The translations under genes were made by a program, and so were the position numbers. The notes under the pieces are model-generated. The model was given only the letters and a program-made list of their open reading frames with translations. It was not told where the DNA came from and made no database searches. Of a DNA stretch of 64,000 bases, positions 29,288 to 39,101 are shown piece after piece. The first letter of the stretch is position 1, and each line of letters begins with the position of its first letter. Source of the stretch: Promethearchaeota archaeon (GTDB taxonomy: Archaea; Asgardarchaeota; Lokiarchaeia; Sigyniarchaeales; SOKP01); contig JAFGGO010000027.1 in NCBI GenBank assembly GCA_016930515.1, forward strand, positions 21,382 through 85,381, given 5' to 3'.

Positions 29288-30535
29288 ATGGTAAAGCAGA
29301 AACTCGATATCGGTTTATTCAGTTGCATGTATAGTCAAACAAATGGAACGGCTCATTCTGTACGGTTCCTCTCGGAGGCACTAGCCTCAACGGGACACAA
29401 CATTCATGTGTTTGCTCCAAGGATAGAAGATGGTCATAAAAAACCTGTTAACCTTCATTTTCACGATTTAGGTGGAGCGCGCATATCGAAAAAAACAGGT
29501 TTCGTGCTAAGCCTTCCCTTTCATAAATACTTTTTTTGCCAGGAAGATTACCTCGATATTGCTCATATACACACGCACGCAACGATAGGGAGTATGGCGG
29601 TAAATTGGGCCAAATTCTTAGGCATTCCAATGATCGGCTCTCACGGAAGTCCGCTTCAATTCTACGCGGCTCAATATGTTCCAATAGTCGGGAAATTATT
29701 AACTAAATTTGATTTGACATGGCGATACGAACGACATATCTTTGACAAATACGACCTAATTCATGTTCCAGGAAAATCAAAAAAAGAACAACTAAGAGAT
29801 ATGAGGTTCAAGGAACCCATTGTTTGCTTGACGAATGGAATATCTGATTATTATTATAAGAACATTAATAAAAACGGTATTAGAGATAAATATAACATAG
29901 AAGGAAAAAAAGTGCTTTTATACGCTTCTCGCTTTTCTCCCGAAAAACACATGCTTAGCGTGATTAAAAAATTCCGTGAGATACGCAAGGAGGTGCCTGA
30001 TGCTCATCTCTTGTGCGTGGGAAGTGATGGACCTTCCAAGGATCCATGTGCCAGATATGTAAAGAGGCATTACATGTCAGATTATGTGTCAGTTGTTGGT
30101 CATGTTCCATTTGAGGATTTACTCCGATTGTACAATACTGCGGATATCTCATGCCTATGGTCGTGGATAGAAGCAGAAGGATTGGTCCTTCTCGAAGCGA
30201 TGGCCCAAGGAACACCTTCAGTAGGCGCAAACGGTTGTGGTATTCGTGATGTCATTAAACACGGAAAAACAGGTTATCTTGCCAATAATTTAGATGAATT
30301 CAAGGAAAGAGTCGTAAAACTAATGAAAGATGACGATTTAAGAGCGGAATTCAGTAAAAATTGTAAGGAAATATCTCAAAATTTCAAGCATAGCAAGATA
30401 GCACAAACTTGGATTAAAATGTACAAGTTCACGATCAATGAACTTTATCCCTTGAAATATTACGGTAAGGAACGCAAGGAAAGAGTTGAATTATTAAAAG
30501 AATTCATCAAAAAAGAGCCTTCTTTAACATTTTAA
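29288..30535 (+). CDS. GT4 family glycosyltransferase
   Basis: NGTAHSV, HIHT, SRFSPEK, EAEGLVLLEAMAQGTP. Confidence 0.9.
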   Translation: MVKQKLDIGLFSCMYSQTNGTAHSVRFLSEALASTGHNIHVFAPRIEDGHKKPVNLHFHDLGGARISKKTGFVLSLPFHKYFFCQEDYLDIAHIHTHATIGSMAVNWAKFLGIPMIGSHGSPLQFYAAQYVPIVGKLLTKFDLTWRYERHIFDKYDLIHVPGKSKKEQLRDMRFKEPIVCLTNGISDYYYKNINKNGIRDKYNIEGKKVLLYASRFSPEKHMLSVIKKFREIRKEVPDAHLLCVGSDGPSKDPCARYVKRHYMSDYVSVVGHVPFEDLLRLYNTADISCLWSWIEAEGLVLLEAMAQGTPSVGANGCGIRDVIKHGKTGYLANNLDEFKERVVKLMKDDDLRAEFSKNCKEISQNFKHSKIAQTWIKMYKFTINELYPLKYYGKERKERVELLKEFIKKEPSLTF

Positions 30536-30542
30536 AGTACTT

Positions 30543-31298
30543 TTAGAAATTATAAATATTCCTTAATTTTTCGAGCTTTTTTTGACATTTTATGCACAAG
30601 CCCGTGTATTTAAAGTCTATCTCCTCAACCGTTTGACAAAACTTCATCACGCATAATCTATTTTCGCAGTGGTCGAGACCCAAGACGAGATGCCCTATCT
30701 CGTGTAAGACTTCTTTTTGTATTCTCAAATTGTATAACCCTCGGTTTCTTTTTCTCTTATAAAATTGCTCTTTTAATGTTAAAGAAGATATAACGCAAGT
30801 TTTGTGATCCAAGTTGGCTTCACCAAACAAGAAATTAATATCTTTAGAGCTACTCGAATAGATGGGGAGGTTCGTTAAAGCCATTATCATGTCGAGGTTA
30901 TTTTCGATTCTCTTATCGATTAGGACTTGATAGAACTTATTTGTGGGGTGGAGTCGTACCTTTTCTAGAATTTGAACACTGGCACCTTCATACTTCTCTT
31001 TCTTGATCCCTTTTGACATCATTTTTTTTGAGAAGCGATATCGCCCAAGATCGATGATATTAAAAAAAAAAGATTCGAAAACCAATTCGATTCTACTAGC
31101 AATTTTATTAAAATATTTTCTTAAGAATGCACCACAGAACAAGATGCCCAGGTTACAGGGAAAAACAACTTCGTTCATTTGAGGGTCTACTAATTGGAAT
31201 TGAAAAGGTGTCAGAATGCCCCAGCGTTGGACTAATTTAATTATTTTTTCTTTTGACCTGGCAATTCTTCGTTCAAATCGTTTTATTCTAGAACTCAT
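30543..31298 (-). CDS. Archaemetzincin (peptidase M54)-like zinc metalloprotease
   Basis: FLFGEA, KEVLHEIGH..LGLDHC...CVM.F...EID.K...LC.KC. Confidence 0.85.
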   Translation of the reverse strand: MSSRIKRFERRIARSKEKIIKLVQRWGILTPFQFQLVDPQMNEVVFPCNLGILFCGAFLRKYFNKIASRIELVFESFFFNIIDLGRYRFSKKMMSKGIKKEKYEGASVQILEKVRLHPTNKFYQVLIDKRIENNLDMIMALTNLPIYSSSSKDINFLFGEANLDHKTCVISSLTLKEQFYKRKRNRGLYNLRIQKEVLHEIGHLVLGLDHCENRLCVMKFCQTVEEIDFKYTGLCIKCQKKLEKLRNIYNF

Positions 31299-31481
31299 TT
31301 GAATAAACCCTTATGTCTTTAATAGATAAAACCTCTAGCCTTTTAAAATCTATGTCTTTTGTGAAAGTTGTTAAATATAAATAAGTAATATTAGCATTAT
31401 GGCTTTTTAGAATTTAAAAGGTTATAAAGAATCCATCACATTCTATAGTAAAATAGATTTAATTTTACCTCATGAATTTAA

Positions 31482-32525
31482 ATGTCAAACGCTGACCATA
31501 ATTCTAATGAACAAGAAGATAAATCCCTTGAGAATGACGCAGGTGTACCAACTGAAGCTTCGATCGAACAGATCGATAAAAATACCATCCCTCACTTCTT
31601 TCCAACCTTTAGGATAACAAGGAAATATTACTCACTTCCAATAATATTGGTTGTTATATTTGCTGGATTTTTATCTTATATAACATACATCGAAGCGGGT
31701 ATCCAAATTGATCAAGGATACATACCTGGTGGACGCTCCGATCCTTTCATTGGTTTGCTAAATGGACTCATATTCATAGCAACCGCCGTAATCTCCGCCT
31801 TTATAATGATCTATTTTGCAAAGAAGAAAGGCATTGGAGTCTTGAAATATGTGTTCGCCTTCAGTTTTTGCTTATTGGGATTTACCTTGACATATTTTTT
31901 TAGTTCGGTTATTGCTTATCTTCTTATCCTAGATCTCCCTCAGTTATACCCTATTTATAATGTTGTTGATATTGAATTGCTTGTTCTTTCAGGGATCTTT
32001 GCTTTATACATTGTATATCAATACCTTAAATCAGAATCCGTGTTTACAAAGAACTTCGTGGTTCTTTACATTGGATTGTTGACTGGAGCGATTTTAGCAA
32101 TAATAATGCCCTTGTGGACGAATCTTGCTATATTAATCGGAATATCGCTTTGGGACATTTTTGCCGTGCTTTATAAAAAGGGCCCTATCAAGGAAATGAT
32201 AGATCTCGTCTCCCAAAGAGAAATCAACGAAGAAGTTGATTTAATCGAGCGGGAAAGAATTAAAGCTGGAGAAGCAGAATACAAGGCAGAAAAGCTAGAG
32301 ATAGGAATCGGCGATCTGGCATTTTATAGCATGCTTACTTCAAGCGCGCTCTTATTTACTGGTGAACTAATTGTAATGATCTTGACAGCAATAGCTGTAT
32401 TGATAGGTACTGGAATTACGATTTCAGGATTAAAAAAAAATAGAATCCTTCCAGGGCTCCCGATATCAATCTTTTTAGGGCTTGCCACCATGTTAATATC
32501 TTGGGGCGTTTTAATTTTAGTTTAA
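31482..32525 (+). CDS. Presenilin-family GxGD intramembrane aspartyl protease
   Basis: SLWDIFAVL..KGP (YD-equivalent), GIGDLAFYS, PGLPIS (PALP-equivalent), ~9 TM. Confidence 0.92.
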   Translation: MSNADHNSNEQEDKSLENDAGVPTEASIEQIDKNTIPHFFPTFRITRKYYSLPIILVVIFAGFLSYITYIEAGIQIDQGYIPGGRSDPFIGLLNGLIFIATAVISAFIMIYFAKKKGIGVLKYVFAFSFCLLGFTLTYFFSSVIAYLLILDLPQLYPIYNVVDIELLVLSGIFALYIVYQYLKSESVFTKNFVVLYIGLLTGAILAIIMPLWTNLAILIGISLWDIFAVLYKKGPIKEMIDLVSQREINEEVDLIERERIKAGEAEYKAEKLEIGIGDLAFYSMLTSSALLFTGELIVMILTAIAVLIGTGITISGLKKNRILPGLPISIFLGLATMLISWGVLILV

Positions 32526-32628
32526 ACAATTTCAGATGATTAATATTAATTTTTGGTAAAAAAACCCCTCTTTAAACTTTTTATCTTTCTTAACAAAATT
32601 TTTAAAATATGTAAGGTAAAAAGTATTT

Positions 32629-33816
32629 ATGGTTAACATTGATAATGTAAAAACAATTACGGTACTTGGAGCGGGCGTCATGGGCCGCGAAATAGCTCAA
32701 GTCGCGCTCATGGGTGGTTTTGAAAAAGTGTTCCTTTATAGCAGGTCTGAGGAAACGATTAATAAAGCTCGAAAATTCATCGCAAGTGGTTTGGAAAAGC
32801 TTCACTCAAAAAATAGTTTAAAAGAAGGATTTACGCCAGAATTATTGATGGAAAGACTTCATACGGTAAGGGACGTGAGTGAGGCAGTTAAATCAACAGA
32901 CTTCGTCATAGAATCCGTACCTGAAATAATGTCTTTAAAACAAAATATCTTCAAACAACTCGGAGAATTGAGTCCAGAACATACGATATTGACGACGAAC
33001 ACCTCTACAATGAGCATCACGCAGATTGCAGAACATTCTGGTAGACCCGATAAAGTCGTGGGAATGCATTTTTTCACACCTATTCCCTTGCTACGATTGA
33101 TTGAAATAATAAAAGGAGAGAAAACTTCAGACGAGGCAGTTGATATCACATTAGAGGTTGGTAAAAGGCTTCCTGCAATGAAAGGAAAACGATTCCTTCC
33201 CGTGATTCAAAAAGATAGACCCGGATTCATCGTTAATCGACTCACGATTGCAACTAACTTGTATTTAAGCTGGTTGTTGGACTACGCAATGGACAAAAAT
33301 GTACCAATAGAACAATTAGATGCCGATCTTGGTGGTATCACTTATTTAGGACCATACGCAAAATGGGATTATTTTGGTATTGACACGGTTTATAATGTGA
33401 TGAAATACTTTTCTGAGGTTCTCTCTCCTGAGTTTGCTCCGGGAAAAACGCTTAATAAATTACTCAAGGAAGGTAAATTGGGAAAAAAGACGGGAAAAGG
33501 ACTTTTCGAGTGGGTAGACGGTAAGCTTGAGCTAGATAAATCTAAAAAGGCAGGGCTTTTCAATTACGATCTTTACATGGCTTTACAACTAAACGAGGGA
33601 TGTCGTCTATTAGAAGAAGGAGTGGTTAGGAACTATTCTGACATAGATGAAACAATGGTTGCAGGAATGGACATGCCGGGGCCTTTCGAATTAGGTAAGG
33701 ACAAGTATAAGGAATGGGTCAAATTACTGGAAGACTTCGTGGAACGATCGGGTAAACAATATGCAAAACCGTGCGAAACTCTGAAATCAGGGAAATTCCT
33801 CGAAATGGAAAAGTAA
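32629..33816 (+). CDS. 3-hydroxyacyl-CoA dehydrogenase
   Basis: VLGAGVMG..IA, VIESVPE, TNTST, GMHFF, PGFIVNR, GKLGKKTGKG; duplicated C-terminal domain. Confidence 0.92.
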   Translation: MVNIDNVKTITVLGAGVMGREIAQVALMGGFEKVFLYSRSEETINKARKFIASGLEKLHSKNSLKEGFTPELLMERLHTVRDVSEAVKSTDFVIESVPEIMSLKQNIFKQLGELSPEHTILTTNTSTMSITQIAEHSGRPDKVVGMHFFTPIPLLRLIEIIKGEKTSDEAVDITLEVGKRLPAMKGKRFLPVIQKDRPGFIVNRLTIATNLYLSWLLDYAMDKNVPIEQLDADLGGITYLGPYAKWDYFGIDTVYNVMKYFSEVLSPEFAPGKTLNKLLKEGKLGKKTGKGLFEWVDGKLELDKSKKAGLFNYDLYMALQLNEGCRLLEEGVVRNYSDIDETMVAGMDMPGPFELGKDKYKEWVKLLEDFVERSGKQYAKPCETLKSGKFLEMEK

Positions 33817-33918
33817 ATTTCTCCTCTTATTTTCATTTTTCTTTATTTAAAAAAATTATAAATACAAGCTCTTAGATAATAATACTAATTACTTTTTAAA
33901 AAACACGGTAAGATTAAA

Positions 33919-34734
33919 ATGAGTAAAATTACGGATTTAATCAAAAAACATTTGAGCTTTATAATAGTATTATGTGTCATCATCGTTATAGACACATTAA
34001 TTGCCATTGCTTATATTACGGATCCTGGATTTTATTTACCTGGAATTCCTGAATTAAATCCAGAAATGAGTTCCATAAATTTCGCAGTTTTTGGGCTTTC
34101 TGTTCAAACCATCATATTCCTTTATGTTATTGGGTTTTATTTGATGGGAAGGTGGATAAAAACAGGAAAGAAGAACGCATCGACTCTATTGTGGTCGTTA
34201 GCGTTCCTCTTATATGGGATTGTTTTTGTTGGGATCTTATTAAGCAGTTTTGGTGTTGAATGGGCTAATATGAGAGATCCTCAGATCTTTTTTATTTGGA
34301 GGAATTTCCAAATCTTATGGGTGGCATTGATGTATGTTGGTATTGCAAAAATTCTTACGGAATCTAAGGCATTACAATATCTCCCTGCTGTTATCTTTCT
34401 CGCTTTAGGATATCTTATTTTCTCGATAGGATTATTAATTATAGGAGAAATAAATCAAACCTTTGCTTTATTTCTCTACTCTTTCTGGTGTCCTTTATGC
34501 TCCATTATCGCATATAGTTTCTTCTTGTACGGAAGAAAAATGAAGATTACCAGCGCAAAAATCATATCAATTGGATTTACATTATTAGGAATTACTTATA
34601 TGGCATGGGCGCCGTGGTATAAGCCTGAAGTGATAGAATTATATTTCTTTTGGTTCTTTCTATTCAACGTGTCATTATCCTTTATTCTTCTTGGATATGT
34701 GGTCATGCCATACGAAATAAAAGCAAAAAGTTAA
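33919..34734 (+). CDS. Hypothetical 7-8 TM membrane protein
   Basis: Continuous TM segments with W/F/Y-rich helices. Confidence 0.7.
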   Translation: MSKITDLIKKHLSFIIVLCVIIVIDTLIAIAYITDPGFYLPGIPELNPEMSSINFAVFGLSVQTIIFLYVIGFYLMGRWIKTGKKNASTLLWSLAFLLYGIVFVGILLSSFGVEWANMRDPQIFFIWRNFQILWVALMYVGIAKILTESKALQYLPAVIFLALGYLIFSIGLLIIGEINQTFALFLYSFWCPLCSIIAYSFFLYGRKMKITSAKIISIGFTLLGITYMAWAPWYKPEVIELYFFWFFLFNVSLSFILLGYVVMPYEIKAKS

Positions 34735-34756
34735 TGAAATCTGAGGGTGGGAATTC

Positions 34757-35173
34757 GTGATAAACGCAGTCTTCATTATTAGAAAAGGAATATGCATTTT
34801 TTCTCGACAATATGGAGAAAAAAATATTGAAAGCGACCGATTTTCGGCTCTGATTGAAGGTCTCAATAGGTTTGCTGAAAATATATCGGGAGGTGTCTTG
34901 CAACAAGTAATTCTTGGCAAGGACACTTATTATCTTTCCGTCATAAACGATATTCTATTCGTCTATCAACACGACGAATTGAAAAGCTCGAAACTCGAAA
35001 AAATTTCAAAAACATTTAGTGATAAATTTTTTGAACTCTTTCATGTGGACTTGATTAAAACAGAAAACAACCCTTCCGTGTATGTGAAATTTGAAACGGA
35101 AGCAGATGACATTCTAAAAATGAAGGGAAAGCCATTCCATAAAAAGATGCACGATTTCGCTTCAAAGTTTTAA
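34757..35173 (+). CDS. Longin-like domain protein
   Basis: MI.AVFII..GICIFSRQY N-terminal hairpin, FSALIEGL..FA helix, later beta strands and helices as in Asgard longins. Confidence 0.7.
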   Translation: MINAVFIIRKGICIFSRQYGEKNIESDRFSALIEGLNRFAENISGGVLQQVILGKDTYYLSVINDILFVYQHDELKSSKLEKISKTFSDKFFELFHVDLIKTENNPSVYVKFETEADDILKMKGKPFHKKMHDFASKF

Positions 35174-35299
35174 ATCTTTCCTTATTTTTTCTCTTTCTTT
35201 TCTTAACTTGTTATACTAGTTTATAGGATTATTTACCTAATTATATAGATTTATATAATTTCATGACAAACTATAAAATCATACTCTTAATTAATTATA

Positions 35300-35953
35300 T
35301 TGTTCACCATGATTAATCACCCCAATCCTCAGAAATTTCACGGACTTCTAACGGCGCTTACGGATTGTTTAAAAAAACTCGTTAGCAACAATGCGGATGT
35401 GATTGGCGCCGCAATCGTCTCGCTTGAAGGAATGCCCATTGCCTCTACTTTTTCTAAAGACATAGACGATGCCTTGTTGGGCGCCATGATGGCCGCCGTG
35501 CAATCCTTTGCGGAACGCTCGGTCCGACAACTTTCGCGTGGTGCACTCAAGAGCGTTTTGATAGAAGCAAACGAAGGAAATATCTTGATATCAAAGGCTG
35601 AAAACGGTACGATTCTTTGCGTGCTTACCAAACCTGAACCTAGCTTGGGCATGATCTTGCTAAATGTTCAATCAACATGCAACGAAGTATCAAAAATGTA
35701 TGCAAGGGAGTTGTCAACGGAAGAGATTGAGCGTGCCTATAGGAAGATACTATTAATCATGAAAGAAAATAACACCTCGCGATTGTCGCTAGAACGGACC
35801 CGTCTTCCAGAATTCTTCGAATCTAACCTTTTAACGAATAATCAAGATGGGTTACCCTCTTTCAAGCTCGAAGTCGATTTGTACTTGAAAGAAAACCAAG
35901 TGAATGTGTTCTATGACAAGCAAAAAGTTTCAATTCAAAAATTTGACAATTAA
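35300..35953 (+). CDS. Roadblock/LC7 domain protein with C-terminal extension
   Basis: GAAIVSLEGMPIAS, LLGAMMAA...AER...L.RG, VLIEANEG, LGMILL. Confidence 0.88.
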   Translation: MFTMINHPNPQKFHGLLTALTDCLKKLVSNNADVIGAAIVSLEGMPIASTFSKDIDDALLGAMMAAVQSFAERSVRQLSRGALKSVLIEANEGNILISKAENGTILCVLTKPEPSLGMILLNVQSTCNEVSKMYARELSTEEIERAYRKILLIMKENNTSRLSLERTRLPEFFESNLLTNNQDGLPSFKLEVDLYLKENQVNVFYDKQKVSIQKFDN

Positions 35954-35996
35954 TTTTCGCTCTTTAAGATCCCCGTGATAATGATTTTCAAATGAA

Positions 35997-36284
35997 GTGA
36001 TAAAAACGACAGATACTAAAAATGGAGATGAGGCCCCTAAGACGGGTGTTGAGAAAATAATTGATTTCTTTAACTCCCTTGAAACAAATAAACCCCTCGC
36101 TATCGCGGAAATCGTGGAAAAAACGGGATTGTCCTGGACTTTCGTGAGAAAAACTCTTGAACAACTGAAAGAAGACTTTATTGGTCTGAATTTTGAAAAA
36201 TCGGGGAATACGTGGATTGCTTGGAAGGATAGGGACAGGATTGCCAAGAAAATGGACGACACGTGCGGACATCTCTTAAAATGA
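35997..36284 (+). CDS. Small winged-HTH protein
   Basis: LAIAEIVEKTGLSWTFVRKTLEQL helix-turn-helix plus wing (EKSGNTWIAW). Confidence 0.75.
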   Translation: MIKTTDTKNGDEAPKTGVEKIIDFFNSLETNKPLAIAEIVEKTGLSWTFVRKTLEQLKEDFIGLNFEKSGNTWIAWKDRDRIAKKMDDTCGHLLK

Positions 36285-36382
36285 TTTTTAAGCCTCTATT
36301 CTTGAAAGATTCCGATCGTTTAATTATCAAGAATTTTAAAGTAAAAAAGGATGTTTATTGAATATAGAATTAACCGAAAAAA

Positions 36383-36901
36383 GTGAAAAAAATGAATGAA
36401 ATGGAAGAAAAAGTTTTAGAAAAAGCGTTTGAACTTGGACAAAAATACGAAAAAAAAAATACTGGCTGCGCACAAAGCGTTATTGCCGCACTCTTTGACG
36501 CTTTAGATATATGGAACGAAGATATTTTTAAATCTGCTAGCGGTCTGGCCGACGGATTGGGATTAACGGGAGATGGGTCTTGTGGAGCTCTCGTTGGGGC
36601 TTCCATGGTAATTGGATTCTTGTTTGGACGAGAACGGAAGGATTTTGGAGACATTCAAAAACCAATAAAATCCTACATGCTCGTTAAACAACTTCACGAC
36701 CAATACATTCAAGAATACGGGTCCTGTCGCTGCCACGATGTCCAAAAGACTTTTACAGGAAAAACATGGAACATGTGGAACCCCGAAGATTTAAAAAATG
36801 CAATGGAACCTGGAGGCTTGTTAGATCATTGCCCTCAACTTGTTGGGAATGTAGCCCGATTAGCGTGTAAAATCATATTAGATAATGGATTCACTTTTTA
36901 G
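36383..36901 (+). CDS. C_GCAxxG_C_C family putative redox protein
   Basis: GCAQ, GLADGLG, SCGALVG, CRC, HCP. Confidence 0.88.
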   Translation: MKKMNEMEEKVLEKAFELGQKYEKKNTGCAQSVIAALFDALDIWNEDIFKSASGLADGLGLTGDGSCGALVGASMVIGFLFGRERKDFGDIQKPIKSYMLVKQLHDQYIQEYGSCRCHDVQKTFTGKTWNMWNPEDLKNAMEPGGLLDHCPQLVGNVARLACKIILDNGFTF

Positions 36902-37152
36902 TAATTTTTCAAAACTTTGTTTTACTTTTCTTTTGCTTGTTTTTTATTGGATTATTAATTTTTTTACTTTGAACTTCGCTAACGCTGTACTCTTTTAGTT
37001 TACAATGAAATTTTTCTTATTTCAAGATTTTATTGCAAAAAGTATTACCTCTCTTTCTAAATAAAAATGGAAGATTTTAGAAACCTATAATAACTGTCAA
37101 GTTGAATTATTAGATATAGGATTATTTACATGATTAGGGATGTGAATATAAA

Positions 37153-39033
37153 ATTAGAAGTAAAAAATTAAAAAAAATCACTTTTGTTTTATTCCTCTTT
37201 CCATTTCTATTTCTTGGTTTTTGGTGTTTAAACGCTCCAACCAACGGAGCAAGTGGTTTTAAAATAGAAGATATAGAGAACCCAAGAACCTCGCTCAGTA
37301 TCTCCTGGACACCTAACGGCACGGTCGTTTGCAACGCACAAAATATTCAATCAAGTGTTGAAATGATTGAAGACGGTAATGGTGGCGCTTTTATTTTATG
37401 GGAGGACACGAGAAACGGGATAACTAATATAGATCTTTATATCCAACGAATAGACCAAAATGGTGAAGCACTATGGGAAAACAACGGTACGATTGTCAGC
37501 AACGAAATGCAATATCAACAACGCGCTTCTCTTATCTCGGACGGTGATGACGGAATAATCGTGGTATGGCAAGACAATAGGGATGGTTCTGATGAAGACG
37601 ATATTTACGCACAGAAATTTAACGCATCAGGAAATCCTCAATGGGAGCTTAACGGTACGATCGTTTGCAACTCACCAGATGTTCAAGGAAGCCTTGAAAT
37701 GATAAGCGATGGTGTAGGGGGCGTAATCGTGGTTTGGCAAGACGAAAGAGATGATTCTGGAGATATCTATACCCAAAGGATAAATGATAATGGCGTTCCC
37801 CAGTGGAATGATAATGGCACGGTAATTTGTAATTATACTGGCACGCAAAGTAATCCCAAAATAATAAGTGATGGCGCTCAAGGCGCGATAATTGTATGGG
37901 TGGATGGGAGAGTCGGTACGGATATCTACGCCCAAAAAGTAGATGCTAACGGGATTTCTCAATGGACTCTTAACGGTATTGTAGTTTGTAACCAAACAGC
38001 AAGTGAATTATATCCTGAAATAGTGAGTGATGACAATGGTGGAGCCTTTGTAGCGTGGGTTCAACCAAAGCCAGGAAGTCGTAATAGAGATCTATACATT
38101 CAAAGAATCGATACCAATAGCGTTAGACAATGGGGTTCTGAAGGCAAAATCGTGAGTAATACTGATGGTGATCATTTTTTTCATCAAATAACTGCCGATG
38201 CAATCGAGGGCGTTATCGTCTCGTGGTGCGACAGTACAAACGGTGATTACGATGTCTACGCTCAGAAGTTTGACAACGATGGATCTTCACAATGGACACC
38301 TAATGGAACCGTAATTTGTAACGAAACGGGTGAACAACAATTCGTTAATATTGTTGATGACGGTATTGGAGGTGCTATTATTTCTTGGATTGATTCTCGG
38401 TCGGGAAATAATGATCTTTACATCCAGCGCGTAAATTCTGAGGGAATTTCACAATTGGCTGCAAATGGTACGGCTGTATGTAACGAATCGCACAATCAAC
38501 AGGATCTTCGGATGATAAAGGCCGATATTGACTCAATTATCATTGCGTGGCAAGACTGGAGGATAGATCGCGATATTTACGCTCAAAGAATAGAATTTTC
38601 TCAAGAACCAGAAGAACCAGAATATAATTTCGCTCCAAATGCAAACCATCCCGAAGATATTCTAACCTCTACTTCAGGAACGGAAACCATCAATTGGATA
38701 TTAACTGACGACACGGGAACTGGACAATATAGGGTACTCGTTAACGACACTTCAAATAGTTATCGTGCGTGGGTGGATTGGACTTCGTGGACGAACAATA
38801 CAAATCTTCTCGTACCCATCAATCGCACGGAATTAGGTCTTTTCAATTATTCCATTGAATATTTCGACGATCAAGGCATGTTCGGCGTGGTTGATACGGT
38901 ATTGGTATATGTGTACTCTAATACCCAGTCTAATAATATATTTGGGTTTGATGTGTTGATCACCATTGGAATTACGATGATTTCACTGTTATCCGTTGCT
39001 TTGTTTCTTAAAAAAAGGCAAAATATAAGTTAA
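37153..39033 (+). CDS. Secreted 8-repeat beta-propeller surface protein with Ig-like domain and Loki-CTERM-like anchor
   Basis: Eight ~55-aa repeats W..NGT.VCN...IISDG.GG.IIVW.D.R...DIYAQ; frame is open upstream of the tracked ATG (37363) through repeat 1 and a signal peptide (RSKKLKKITFVLFLFPFLFLGFWCL); C-terminal IFGFD-TM-KKR. Confidence 0.8.
   Translation: MRSKKLKKITFVLFLFPFLFLGFWCLNAPTNGASGFKIEDIENPRTSLSISWTPNGTVVCNAQNIQSSVEMIEDGNGGAFILWEDTRNGITNIDLYIQRIDQNGEALWENNGTIVSNEMQYQQRASLISDGDDGIIVVWQDNRDGSDEDDIYAQKFNASGNPQWELNGTIVCNSPDVQGSLEMISDGVGGVIVVWQDERDDSGDIYTQRINDNGVPQWNDNGTVICNYTGTQSNPKIISDGAQGAIIVWVDGRVGTDIYAQKVDANGISQWTLNGIVVCNQTASELYPEIVSDDNGGAFVAWVQPKPGSRNRDLYIQRIDTNSVRQWGSEGKIVSNTDGDHFFHQITADAIEGVIVSWCDSTNGDYDVYAQKFDNDGSSQWTPNGTVICNETGEQQFVNIVDDGIGGAIISWIDSRSGNNDLYIQRVNSEGISQLAANGTAVCNESHNQQDLRMIKADIDSIIIAWQDWRIDRDIYAQRIEFSQEPEEPEYNFAPNANHPEDILTSTSGTETINWILTDDTGTGQYRVLVNDTSNSYRAWVDWTSWTNNTNLLVPINRTELGLFNYSIEYFDDQGMFGVVDTVLVYVYSNTQSNNIFGFDVLITIGITMISLLSVALFLKKRQNIS
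37306..38600 (+). repeat. Intragenic tandem protein repeats (8 x ~165 bp, diverged)
   Basis: Recurrent DNA such as tggacacctaacggcacggtcgtttgcaac / tggacacctaatggaaccgtaatttgtaac and gatatttacgc(a/t)ca. Confidence 0.8.
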
Positions 39034-39101
39034 TAAAATTAATTTCTTTCTTTTTTCTTTTTTCATGTCCAATTTATTTATTTCGGTACTTCACTACTAA
39101 A

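Noticed and set aside
37306-38600. Repeats as a CRISPR array or nucleotide-level repeat system
   Set aside because: They are diverged in-frame coding repeats of ~165 bp without a constant repeat and unique spacer structure.
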